Positions 28,659 to 37,749 of a stretch of 64,000 bases of DNA are shown piece by piece. The stretch comes from an archaeon (GTDB lineage Archaea > Nanobdellota > Nanobdellia > Pacearchaeales > GW2011-AR1): assembly GCA_043821585.1 (NCBI GenBank), contig JBDRCQ010000009.1, positions 8,189-72,188 of the forward strand. Direction: 5' to 3'. The notes beneath the pieces were generated by a model, which saw only the letters and a program-made list of their open reading frames with translations, ran no database searches and was not told the origin of the DNA. The stretch's first letter is position 1; the number at the start of each line of letters is the position of its first letter. A program made the position numbers and the translations under genes.

Positions 28659-31136
28659 ATGAGAAAAAGGGTGCTAGCCTGGTTAGTTTTTACATTGGCT
28701 ATTTTGTTCGTAGGTTTGGTTATCGCGGGTTCCGCAGATTATGTTGAAGAGATAAACGATGCGTTTAATTGCCTGGATAGCAGAGTGGATTCTACTTCGT
28801 TGTCTTTTGAGGAAGCAGTTTTCACAGCATTAGCTAACACGCCAAATCCAAAGATAAATGCTACAATTTACCAACAAAAGAGCCCTGGAGACTACTGTTG
28901 GCCTAGTTCTGGTTGCACCGTTAAAGCGACCGCTCAAGCTGCCTTGGCAAAGATGAGGATGGGCCAGGAGATTGGTAATATCACTGAGTGGCTTAAAGGA
29001 AGGAGCGGAGTGACTCAAGAGATGACTTGGTTTCTACAAGTTTCTATTAATGATAATGGGCCTGCGGGGTGCGTAGTAAATTATGATGGGGTAGATCATT
29101 CTATTAATATAGGGGAGGACATGAAAATTACTGGAAATCCGGGGAGCTGCCTTTCCGTAGTACCTTCTGGATACCGTATGCAAATTGCAAGTAACTGTTT
29201 AGAGAAGGAGTTCAATATTCAGTGCGATGTGGGTTTTAAGACAAACCTCCTCTATATGAAAAGTGGTGGGCAAACTGTTTATGTTTCATCCCAAACACAT
29301 GGTGCCAGTGCAGGGGCCTGGACACTAGAGCAGATAACTGCTAGGTGCTTTAAGACAGGATCCTCTTGTGATTATGAAGGAAGTTTGTGGGCTGCTACAG
29401 CACTTTATGCAAGTGGAGAAAGCATAACTGAGTATGCACCTTATTTGAGAGCACTGGCTTCTGATAACGAGAGGTATTTTCCTAGCGCGTTTCTTGTTGC
29501 ACTCACTCAAGGCAGAGATGAACATTATGCAAAGATAATGAGCAGTCAGAAGATAAGGCCTGAGGGGACTTATTGGGAAATGCCTTCGAGCCCTTATGGG
29601 AGATATTATGATACTGCTCTGGCAATGCTTGCGTTGGGCGGCGCAGACTCTCAAGACATTGATGCTTCTAATACTCTGGGTTATTTGTTTGAACATCAGG
29701 ACGGAACTGGTTGTTGGAATAGCGGAAATATTAGAGATACTGCGTTTGTGATTTATGGTGCTAAGTGGTTGCGAAGCAGCTATGAGGGTACTGATCCATA
29801 TTGTGGTGATGGTAGCTGTAATGGTGACGAAACTGTTTCAAGCTGTCCGGGAGATTGTGATATAAATGCTGAGTGTGGTGATGGGGTTGCAGAGGGAGAG
29901 GAAGCTTGTGATGGAAGCGATTTAAGGGATAAGAATTGTACAACAATTGCCGGAGGTTTTGTTGGAGGAAATCTTTTGTGTAGTGCTTCTAGTTGCACCT
30001 ACAATACGGGCAGTTGTATATCTGAGCAGGAGCCGCCTTTTGTTCCAGTTTGTAATGATAGCATGGTAAATGGCAGTGAAGTTTGTGATTGTGGGCTGGA
30101 CGGAGTTTGTACAACTGCTGAACTGGATGGAGAGTCTTGCGGTACGATTGAAGGTTATTATGATGGAACTCTTGGATGCATGTCTGACTGTTTACACTTT
30201 AATGTTAGTCTGTGTTCTTCGGAGGGGGGGCCAGGAGTGCCTGATGGGAGCGGTGATCCTTGTACGGAGGATAGTAATTGTACGTCCGGAGAGGTTTGTG
30301 AAGAGGGGATATGTGTGACTAATGGAACTGACGGAGATGATAACTCCTACAATCCGAATACGATTACAGATTGTGGATTGGCCCAATTATTCTGTGCGCC
30401 GACTATGTCGACCTGCCAGGAAGCAGGAGGGCAGTACTTTCCACAATCGACCCATAGTTGTAGTAATCCTTTTGAGTATTGTTGCACGGTCGAGGTTGTC
30501 CGGGCAACTTGTGGAAGCTTAGGGGGAACGTGTTGCCCGTGGGATCAACCTTGCACAGTTGATGTCGTAGAATCAAGTGAATGCGGTTGTTGTCTTGGCG
30601 CTTGCGAAGCTGATCTGGGATGTGCTTCGGACAGTGATTGCCCTTCTGGAAAGATCTGCAATAGTGTAGGAATATGTGAAACTGAGCAGAGTCTTCAGTG
30701 TAATGGCGATGAAGATTGTAGCAGCGATGAGAAATGCCAGAATGGATTCTGCGTTGATTCTGGAGAAACTCCAAAGAGCAGTTTGTGGATTTGGATAATT
30801 GTGTTTATTGTTTTGATAATTTTGGTTGTCCTTGGAATAGTTTATAGAGACAAGCTAAGGGTTTGGTGGTTCAAGGTGACTGGCAAGGCGAGATCTGCTA
30901 AGCCTCGACCTGGTGGTGGAATGCCTCCTGGCGCTGTTTTGGGTAGAAGGCCGCCGCCAAGATTTGGAGGTCCTCCGGGGATGGTAAGGCCTCAAATGGG
31001 CGGGAGACCTATGATGATGAGACCTAGACCTTCTGTTCCTCCTGCCAATAGGCCGGCCACAAATTCACAAGGCAAGAGCGATAATGATAAAGAAATGGAA
31101 GAGACATTCAAGAAACTAAAAGAAATGAGCAAATAA
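28659..31136 (+). CDS. large membrane-anchored Cys-rich surface protein with N-terminal prenyltransferase/alpha-alpha-barrel-like repeats and a Pro/Gly/Met-rich cytoplasmic tail
   Basis: Signal peptide; TAQAALA, DTALAMLAL, YLFEHQDGTGCW..RDTAF; CGDG..GEEACDG and CxxDxxC repeats; C-terminal TM. Confidence 0.8.
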   Translation: MRKRVLAWLVFTLAILFVGLVIAGSADYVEEINDAFNCLDSRVDSTSLSFEEAVFTALANTPNPKINATIYQQKSPGDYCWPSSGCTVKATAQAALAKMRMGQEIGNITEWLKGRSGVTQEMTWFLQVSINDNGPAGCVVNYDGVDHSINIGEDMKITGNPGSCLSVVPSGYRMQIASNCLEKEFNIQCDVGFKTNLLYMKSGGQTVYVSSQTHGASAGAWTLEQITARCFKTGSSCDYEGSLWAATALYASGESITEYAPYLRALASDNERYFPSAFLVALTQGRDEHYAKIMSSQKIRPEGTYWEMPSSPYGRYYDTALAMLALGGADSQDIDASNTLGYLFEHQDGTGCWNSGNIRDTAFVIYGAKWLRSSYEGTDPYCGDGSCNGDETVSSCPGDCDINAECGDGVAEGEEACDGSDLRDKNCTTIAGGFVGGNLLCSASSCTYNTGSCISEQEPPFVPVCNDSMVNGSEVCDCGLDGVCTTAELDGESCGTIEGYYDGTLGCMSDCLHFNVSLCSSEGGPGVPDGSGDPCTEDSNCTSGEVCEEGICVTNGTDGDDNSYNPNTITDCGLAQLFCAPTMSTCQEAGGQYFPQSTHSCSNPFEYCCTVEVVRATCGSLGGTCCPWDQPCTVDVVESSECGCCLGACEADLGCASDSDCPSGKICNSVGICETEQSLQCNGDEDCSSDEKCQNGFCVDSGETPKSSLWIWIIVFIVLIILVVLGIVYRDKLRVWWFKVTGKARSAKPRPGGGMPPGAVLGRRPPPRFGGPPGMVRPQMGGRPMMMRPRPSVPPANRPATNSQGKSDNDKEMEETFKKLKEMSK

Positions 31137-31137
31137 A

Positions 31138-33048
31138 ATGAAAAGATTAATTTTTTTATTCGCTATCTTTTTGCTTTTGATTCCGAGTGCTATTTCTGTT
31201 TCAACTGATCTGCGAACATCTTATTCTCCGAAAGAGACTATGATTGGAGAGATTTCTGGCGGAATTCTTGCGCCGATACAGAGAAGCCAGGTAAGAGTTG
31301 TAAAAGACGGACATCTCGATGTTGGGGTTCAGTACGATGTTAAGAGATTGGGCAGTAAGCAATTTATTTGGATTATTGCGCCAGCAAATGCTGGACAGTA
31401 TAGGTTGATTTTAGAAGATGTCGTTGCTCTTGTAGACGGCGTTCCAGAGGTGATAGACTTCACGCACGATTTTACTGTTCAAGGAAGTTTGATTCAGTAC
31501 ACTATATCTCCGGGTTTTATTTTGACAGATGATGATTTTGAAATATTGGCCACTGTTTACTCTGGATCGCAAACTGTGAGCACAGATTTTCCAGAACAGA
31601 GGGAAATAAATTTGTATACTGGAGTGAACCATATTGACTTTTCGATTGAAGAGGTTTTGGGTGTTCAACAAATAATGATAAACCTTGGAACTTATCAATT
31701 TCCTGCGAGAATCCTCGGCGCTGAATATCTTTGTGGAGATGGGCGGATAGACAGCAGAGAAGTCTGTGACGGACTAAATTTGGATGGAAACAGTTGTACT
31801 ACAATTCCCGGAAGTTTTGCCAGTGGAACCCTGAAATGTTCTAGTGGATGTCTTGCATTTGACACCAGCTTATGTAAGTTGCCAGAAGAGCCGGAGGAAC
31901 CTGAAGAAGAGCCGGAATGTGGGTCTGACAATTTGAACCTTTGTTTGAATGGGCCTAATTGCACAGGCGCTGGAGGGTATTGGTACAATGAGACCTGTAA
32001 TCGGTATGAGCCTGGAGCCGTGTGTGACTCTCAGCATGTTGGATTGTGTGGGACTTTCGGCACTTGTTTTGATGCGGGAGGGTATTGGTACAATGAGACT
32101 TGTAATGATGAACCCAAACCTATCTGTAGCTCAGAACATTTAGATTTGTGTGGGACTTTCGGCACTTGTTTTGATGCGGGAGGGTATTGGTACAATGAGA
32201 CTTGTAATGATGGAGAGGAGGTTCCGGAAGCTGTTTGCGGAGATGACATTATTGGTCCGGGGGAGGAATGCGATGGCCAAAATCTTTCTGGGTCTAACTG
32301 TTCAACCATTGGATTTGATGGAGGTAATTTAACATGTAATCCTGCTGGCAGCGGTAATGGCACTGAATGCATGTTTAATGTAAGTGAATGTTTTGTTATT
32401 CCCCCTAAAGGGCCTCCTTCTTTTGTGATTGATCCCGCATCTATCACTAGTGTGGTTTTTGTGCGCAGGGATCTGCCTGTTTATAACTTTGTTGTAAAAA
32501 ATAATGGAGAGAGTGAGCTTAATGGGCTTAGATTAGATTTTAACCCTTCAAAATTTTCGATAGAACCAAATCGGAATATTTCAATAGGTGCAAATCAAAG
32601 TAGAACTTTTAATTTGACTATAAAAGAATTCTGGAGGGGACGCCCTTTCAAGGGAGTGGTGATCGCCCAATACGAGGACATTTATGAGTATATGTTAGTG
32701 GATATCAGCTTTACTGAGGAGGAAGGAGATGCGATTACAGCGTATTCCAAGAACAGTACGTCAAGCGGTCCGTCTTATTATTGTTCTGAGCTTTCAGGTT
32801 ATTCTTGTTCTGCGGATGAAACCTGCGAGGGGGAAATTGTTTCCACGATTGATTTTAATCAATGTTGTGTTGGAAGTTGTAATGGTTCTGGGGGAGGTTC
32901 GAGTGGAAACTCTTGGATAGGGTGGTTGATTGCAGGAATAGTTATAGTTGTTGGCGCAATAATCTTTCTTAAGTTTAGGAAAACTGGCAAGAATGGTGGA
33001 AAGAATCCCTTGCAAGCGAGACTAGCGAAGCAGAAAGGATTACCTTGA
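31138..33048 (+). CDS. membrane-anchored Cys-rich surface glycoprotein with tandem repeats
   Basis: Signal peptide, CGDG/EECDG repeats, 3x AGGYWYNETCN, many N-x-S/T sequons, C-terminal TM. Confidence 0.8.
   Translation: MKRLIFLFAIFLLLIPSAISVSTDLRTSYSPKETMIGEISGGILAPIQRSQVRVVKDGHLDVGVQYDVKRLGSKQFIWIIAPANAGQYRLILEDVVALVDGVPEVIDFTHDFTVQGSLIQYTISPGFILTDDDFEILATVYSGSQTVSTDFPEQREINLYTGVNHIDFSIEEVLGVQQIMINLGTYQFPARILGAEYLCGDGRIDSREVCDGLNLDGNSCTTIPGSFASGTLKCSSGCLAFDTSLCKLPEEPEEPEEEPECGSDNLNLCLNGPNCTGAGGYWYNETCNRYEPGAVCDSQHVGLCGTFGTCFDAGGYWYNETCNDEPKPICSSEHLDLCGTFGTCFDAGGYWYNETCNDGEEVPEAVCGDDIIGPGEECDGQNLSGSNCSTIGFDGGNLTCNPAGSGNGTECMFNVSECFVIPPKGPPSFVIDPASITSVVFVRRDLPVYNFVVKNNGESELNGLRLDFNPSKFSIEPNRNISIGANQSRTFNLTIKEFWRGRPFKGVVIAQYEDIYEYMLVDISFTEEEGDAITAYSKNSTSSGPSYYCSELSGYSCSADETCEGEIVSTIDFNQCCVGSCNGSGGGSSGNSWIGWLIAGIVIVVGAIIFLKFRKTGKNGGKNPLQARLAKQKGLP
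32044..32212 (+). repeat. intragenic direct repeat: 67-nt exact duplication at 102-nt period (third, diverged copy at ~31972-32001)
   Basis: TTGTGTGGGACTTTCGGCACTTGTTTTGATGCGGGAGGGTATTGGTACAATGAGACTTGTAATGATG at 32044-32110 and 32146-32212. Confidence 0.9.
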
Positions 33049-33540
33049 TTTCTTCTGTTTCTTTTGGGATTTTTTCTTAGGTTTTTCTTTGGCCTCTGCC
33101 TTGGACGAAGATTCTTGTTTTTTGAATAGGTGAGGGGCAACCTCGTGAAGTTTACGGGCAAGCATGTCTCTTTCTGCAACCGTGTTTTTTGTTACGGCAT
33201 CATAATGATGTAACCTTTGCACTAATGCGTTGCCCATCTCGTTCAAAGTTATATTGTTAAACATGATCTTTTCAGGGTGAGTGATTTCAATATTTGCAGG
33301 CATGTACGTGAAGATCAAGGTTAAATAGTTCATAACGGAATCAAGCTCCACATCTAGTTCTACGAAAGAGGTAAATAAGTCTGATTTTTCTACAGGTTCT
33401 GGATCGTGGACATTCTTTTCCAGGATTTTGATTCCCTTCTCATTACTCATTTTTTCCAGAATGGATCCAAGTGCGTTGATTATGTTTTCCTTAGGTCTTC
33501 CCAATATTTCTAAAATCAGAGATGCATGAATCTTTTCCAT
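33040..33540 (-). CDS. conserved archaeal hypothetical protein
   Basis: ILEILGRPKE, FTSFVELDV, YMPANIEI..P, RLHHYD; resembles an uncharacterised family common in DPANN (from memory). Confidence 0.65.
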   Translation of the reverse strand: MEKIHASLILEILGRPKENIINALGSILEKMSNEKGIKILEKNVHDPEPVEKSDLFTSFVELDVELDSVMNYLTLIFTYMPANIEITHPEKIMFNNITLNEMGNALVQRLHHYDAVTKNTVAERDMLARKLHEVAPHLFKKQESSSKAEAKEKPKKKSQKKQKKSR

Positions 33541-33575
33541 TAGTGTTTAGAGAAAAAAGGGTTTTTAAAAGTTAT

Positions 33576-34250
33576 CTAGAGTTTTCTCAAGGCTAACAGA
33601 ACTATTGCTAAAACGCAAAATCCGGCAAAACTGTACAGAATAACTGTTGTTTTCGTCCCCTCTTTTGTTTTTACATTATTTGGCGGATTTAGAGGCTTTT
33701 CTTTTGCCCCATTGAGAGTTAATTTGGTTTTTGGGCAAGATATTTCCTTGACATTTTCATTGGCAACATTTGGAATTGGCTCGTTGATTTCTTTTGTGTC
33801 TTCTTCATCTTTTTCATCCATATCTTCGTCATCATCGCTTTCTTCCTCAGAATCTTCTTCGTCCTCTTTTTCTTCCCCAGTCACTTTTATGCTGTTGCAT
33901 TCTGTGTAAAACTTCTTCGTGTCTGGTTCCCTTAATCTTGCACAAATTTCTCTTTCTCCGGGAGAGCCAGTCACCCTAATTTCATATTTCTCGTGATCTG
34001 GGAAGTATTCCTTCAAATAATACCATGAATTTTTCCAGCTCTCGCTTTCTTCATCATAGATTTCTGAGATGTAATCTGAGGATTTGATATTTTCGCTATT
34101 TGACTTATGCACGAATATTTTTATGTCGAGAGGGGTTTCAGAGTCTACTGAAATCCCAACTGTAAATTCTTCATCAATTTCAACTTCGCTTGGAGAATCT
34201 AAATTTATTTCAAGGGCCGAACAGTTTGAGGTTAGAACACTAATAACCAT
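33576..34250 (-). CDS. membrane-anchored secreted hypothetical protein with acidic linker
   Basis: Ig-like N-terminal part, Asp/Glu-rich tract, C-terminal TM; start uncertain (34250 overlaps upstream stop; longest ORF starts 34355). Confidence 0.6.
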   Translation of the reverse strand: MVISVLTSNCSALEINLDSPSEVEIDEEFTVGISVDSETPLDIKIFVHKSNSENIKSSDYISEIYDEESESWKNSWYYLKEYFPDHEKYEIRVTGSPGEREICARLREPDTKKFYTECNSIKVTGEEKEDEEDSEEESDDDEDMDEKDEEDTKEINEPIPNVANENVKEISCPKTKLTLNGAKEKPLNPPNNVKTKEGTKTTVILYSFAGFCVLAIVLLALRKL

Positions 34251-34970
34251 AAGAGTTATGATGAACAAGCAGGCCCTCGCTATCAAAAATGTAGATCGTG
34301 TCTCTGTCGTTGTTCCAGATGCTGCCCTCGTTGTTCCAGAATAAATCGGTTTCATTGTCGGACCCCTTAGACGAATGTAAGTTCACCTCTGAGATGACAA
34401 TATCTGGAAACTTATAGCTTTTTCTGCTCTCGTCTGCAACAATAAAATCCATTAAGTTAATCTCTTTGCACCTGCTTTTTATTTTAACTACCTCTTCAGA
34501 CGCAAAGACTGCTGTCTCGAGGCAATCTGATAGATCTGATTTTTTCCATAGGCCTTTTTCGCTTTCTACTGCCTGTTTTTCTGCATTATCAAAAAGGGAA
34601 AGTTCTGACTCCTGAACAAGGAACTTTTTTCCAAGCCCTCCTGAATTATTTTTAGGTTTAGGTAACCCTTGTCGTATACTCTAACTAATACGCGGCCGTA
34701 CCTGTCTGTTGAAATCTCTCCTATTTCTACCTCTTGGTTATCTATCTGAGAGAGGTATTGTTTTGCTTCTTCATAGCCTTTCTCTGACTTTTCTGGAGTG
34801 TTTATGTTTGCTAACCTGAAGCTTTGACCCTCTGACTTGAAGGTGTCTCCATCGATTACTTCTGTTACGATTACTGTTTTTTTGGGCTCGTTAAATTGGA
34901 AAAAAAGGACGTTGGCAGCTATCAGGAGAGTTATAAGAATAGATAGAGTTACTGCATTTTTGCGTCTCAT
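34240..34970 (-). CDS. membrane-anchored thermonuclease (SNase) + lamin-tail-like domain; apparent frameshift near 34625-34632
   Basis: VIDGDT, RLANINTPE, DRYGRVL; the shifted frame continues KKFLVQ...AEKQA...KGLWKKS... into ORF 34240-34452 (IWNNDRDTIYIFD). Confidence 0.8.
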
Positions 34971-35440
34971 AGTTCCATCACATGTTTTTCTGTTTCGAGA
35001 AGGTTGTAGAATTTTTCTAGGTCTTTGCGTTTAAGTTCTAATGTGGAGGTGTTTATGTTGGGGTGAAAACCTGAGATTTCTGCATCCCAAACTTGTTGGT
35101 CAATGATTAGAGCCACATCTTTTGCGTAGACCATGCCAAAGATTGAAACACTCCCGGGCGTTAGGTTTAATTTTTCTTTTAACTCTTCTGGCGAGCCGAA
35201 ATTCAATTTTTTTACTTCGAGTTTTTTCCTTAATGCTTTGATATCCAAGCGTTTTTGTGCAGGCAAGGCGACAAGATAAAATTTTTTATTATTGTCCTTA
35301 AGAAAAAGACACTTGCAATGAAGTCCTGGTATCAACTGTTTTAATTTTTTTGATTCTTCTACAGTGTATACTGCTTCGTGTTTGTGTTCGACATGCCCAA
35401 TTTCGTTCTTTTCTAGGTAGCTTTTAAGGAATTGATCCAT
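34967..35440 (-). CDS. YbaK/ProX-family aminoacyl-tRNA deacylase (prolyl-tRNA editing)
   Basis: HEAVYTVEES, HCKCLFLKD, LNLTPGSVSIFG, FHPNINTST. Confidence 0.88.
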   Translation of the reverse strand: MDQFLKSYLEKNEIGHVEHKHEAVYTVEESKKLKQLIPGLHCKCLFLKDNNKKFYLVALPAQKRLDIKALRKKLEVKKLNFGSPEELKEKLNLTPGSVSIFGMVYAKDVALIIDQQVWDAEISGFHPNINTSTLELKRKDLEKFYNLLETEKHVMEL

Positions 35441-35502
35441 TCACTCTGATGACAAATAATTTATATAATCCTTTTTGTTTTTTCTTTTTAGGATGTAAAT
35501 TT

Positions 35503-35736
35503 ATGAAAATAATAGTTTATGGTACCGAGCAGTGTCCGTGGTGCAAGAGGGCGAAGGATTTCCTTAGTTCTAGAGGCATTAATTTCACTGAGAAAGATGT
35601 GGGGGCGGATCTGAAGGCTGCTGAAGAGATGGTGAAAAAGTCCGGACAGACGGGCGTTCCGGTAATTGATGCCAACGGCACGATTATGGTTGGTTTTGAT
35701 GAAGATAGACTTAAGGAAATTTTGAGGATTAAATAA
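35503..35736 (+). CDS. glutaredoxin-like protein (NrdH/YruB family)
   Basis: CPWC, SGQTGVPVI, VGFD; start reassigned to MKIIVYG. Confidence 0.9.
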   Translation: MKIIVYGTEQCPWCKRAKDFLSSRGINFTEKDVGADLKAAEEMVKKSGQTGVPVIDANGTIMVGFDEDRLKEILRIK

Positions 35737-35737
35737 G

Positions 35738-36685
35738 ATGGTTAAAAAGTATGGCTTTGTGGTTATTGGGGCAGGAGTTGCAGGTTTAGCTGCTGGGATG
35801 TATGGTGCGCGCCTTGGTATGAATGTGCTTGTTTTGGGGGCAACTCATGGCTCTGAGCTGCCAGTAGGGGGGGTGATAACTACAACGAATCTTGTTGAAA
35901 ACTACCCGGGTTTTATTTCGTTGAGTGGTCCTGAGCTTGCAGAGAAGATCGAAGAGCATGCAAGGAGCTATGAGAATGTTGAAATAAAGGAAGAGAAGGT
36001 TGAGAAGGTTGAGAAATCTGGGAAGGACTTTGTAATTAAAACAAATAAAGGGAATTACATGGGTAAGACCGTTCTTTTTGCGACTGGTACAAAATGGAGG
36101 AAGTTGCCCGCAGAGGTTAAAGGTTCTCGCGAGTTTGAGAATAAGGGAATTGCTTATTGTGCCCTTTGTGATGGGCCTCTGTACAGGAATAAGGTCGCTG
36201 CGGTGATTGGAGGTTCTGATTCTGCTGTGAAGGATGCGCTTGTTTTGGCAGAGCATGCGAAGAAAGTCTACATCATTTATAGAAAAGAGAAGGTCCGGGC
36301 TGAACCAATTAATCTGGAGAGGGTCGAAGAAAATGAAAAAATTGAAGTAATAAATAATGCGAATGTTGTCGAGGTTAAGGGCGAGAATTTTGTTAGATCG
36401 GTTGTTCTGGACAGAGAGTTTAATGGAAGCAAAGAGATTGCGCTTGATGGAGTTTTTGTTGCAATAGGCCATGAAGTTTTGTCGGGTTTGGCGAAAGAAC
36501 TTGGTGTTGAGTTGAATGAAAAAGAAGAGATTGTGATTAACCATAAGGATTCTAGTACAAACATTCCTGGAGTTTTTGCAGCAGGAGATGTTGCAGACAA
36601 GCCCTTCAAACAAGCAATAACTGGGGTCGCGGAGGGTTGTACGGCCGCACATTCTGCGCATGAGTATCTACAAGGGGCTCATTAA
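35738..36685 (+). CDS. trxB: thioredoxin-disulfide reductase
   Basis: IGAGVAG, ENYPG, YCALCDG, IGGSDSA, GVFVAIG, GVFAAGD, QAITGVAEG. Confidence 0.93.
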   Translation: MVKKYGFVVIGAGVAGLAAGMYGARLGMNVLVLGATHGSELPVGGVITTTNLVENYPGFISLSGPELAEKIEEHARSYENVEIKEEKVEKVEKSGKDFVIKTNKGNYMGKTVLFATGTKWRKLPAEVKGSREFENKGIAYCALCDGPLYRNKVAAVIGGSDSAVKDALVLAEHAKKVYIIYRKEKVRAEPINLERVEENEKIEVINNANVVEVKGENFVRSVVLDREFNGSKEIALDGVFVAIGHEVLSGLAKELGVELNEKEEIVINHKDSSTNIPGVFAAGDVADKPFKQAITGVAEGCTAAHSAHEYLQGAH

Positions 36686-36723
36686 CTCTTCAATAGGTTT
36701 TTAAATATTCGTGGCCACTTAAT

Positions 36724-37176
36724 GTGATGGATGTTCTAAAGAAGAGAGGGTTGTCTCCGGTCATAGCAACCACGTTATTGGTTTCTATTACTCTTGTTTT
36801 AGCAGTAATCATTTTCTTCTGGGCCAGAAGTTTTGTGGGGGAAACTATTGAAAAAAATGAAAGGGCTATTGAGCAGTCTTGTGAACTCGTAGACTTTTTC
36901 ATAGAGGCGAGAAGTCAGCAATTATTTATCACGAATATTGGGAGTGTACCGATTTATGCTGTTGAAATGAGAATAAAAGGTCTTGGAGAGGTGAAGGATA
37001 TAGGTAAGACTGGTGGCACGATTGGTCCTGGCCAGTCAGCGAACTTCTCATTACCGAGTGAGGCGACTGTTGGTGATACGATTATCGCGGTACCAATTTT
37101 ACTTGGGGAAACAACACAAGAGAAGGTCTCACATGTTTGCGATGCGGATTATGGAATCAGTGCTGAAGTTGAATAA
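36724..37176 (+). CDS. type IV pilin (class III signal peptide)
   Basis: KKRG|LSPVIATTLLVSITLVLAVIIFFW. Confidence 0.88.
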   Translation: MMDVLKKRGLSPVIATTLLVSITLVLAVIIFFWARSFVGETIEKNERAIEQSCELVDFFIEARSQQLFITNIGSVPIYAVEMRIKGLGEVKDIGKTGGTIGPGQSANFSLPSEATVGDTIIAVPILLGETTQEKVSHVCDADYGISAEVE

Positions 37177-37738
37177 TAAGAAGGGGTTGTCTCCAGTTGT
37201 TGCGACTATTGCAATTTTGATGATTACTGTTGTGGCTGCTGGGATCATAGCAGGGATTGTAGTCCCTTTGGTCAGAGATAGGTTGAGCGATAGTACTGAG
37301 TGCATAGGCTATGAAGATTATTTCACCTTCTACGAAGAGTTTGAGTACAATTGTTATAAGATAATTGATGATGGCGTTGAGAATTACTCTATTATTGCGC
37401 TGTCAGTTGGTGCGGATACGGTTTCAAATGAGAAGGTTGAGAGTTTGGGAGGGATGAGACTGGCCTTTTTGGGGGATGGCAGCTCTATCCCAGTGGATGT
37501 TTCTGATGACTTGGATGCAAGTCCTGAGAAGGGAAAGATTAGAATGTTAAAAACAGCAGATCTTAAGTTGGCCTTGCCAGAGAGGGGAGGTGTTAAGACT
37601 TATGTTTACAATGCTTCGGGAACTTATGATTCTGTTGAGGTTTATCCGGTTCTCAAATCTGGGAAGCAATGCGATATGACAGATAGCATCAGAATCAAAG
37701 GGCATTTTTGTCGGTCTGATTTAAACCTGACTATATAA
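37151..37738 (+). CDS. type IV pilin (class III signal peptide)
   Basis: NKKG|LSPVVATIAILMITVVAAGII; start reassigned to MESVLK. Confidence 0.85.
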   Translation: MESVLKLNNKKGLSPVVATIAILMITVVAAGIIAGIVVPLVRDRLSDSTECIGYEDYFTFYEEFEYNCYKIIDDGVENYSIIALSVGADTVSNEKVESLGGMRLAFLGDGSSIPVDVSDDLDASPEKGKIRMLKTADLKLALPERGGVKTYVYNASGTYDSVEVYPVLKSGKQCDMTDSIRIKGHFCRSDLNLTI

Positions 37739-37749
37739 TTAATGTAAAA

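Noticed and set aside
32044-32212. CRISPR array or DGR template/variable repeat pair
   Set aside because: The repeat is 67 nt, in frame within a CDS, has only two exact copies, shows no adenine-specific differences, and no cas or reverse transcriptase gene is present
35786-36661. 291-aa antisense ORF
   Set aside because: Shadow of trxB on the opposite strand with no motifs; the same applies to the many other short antisense ORFs over ribosomal and surface genes
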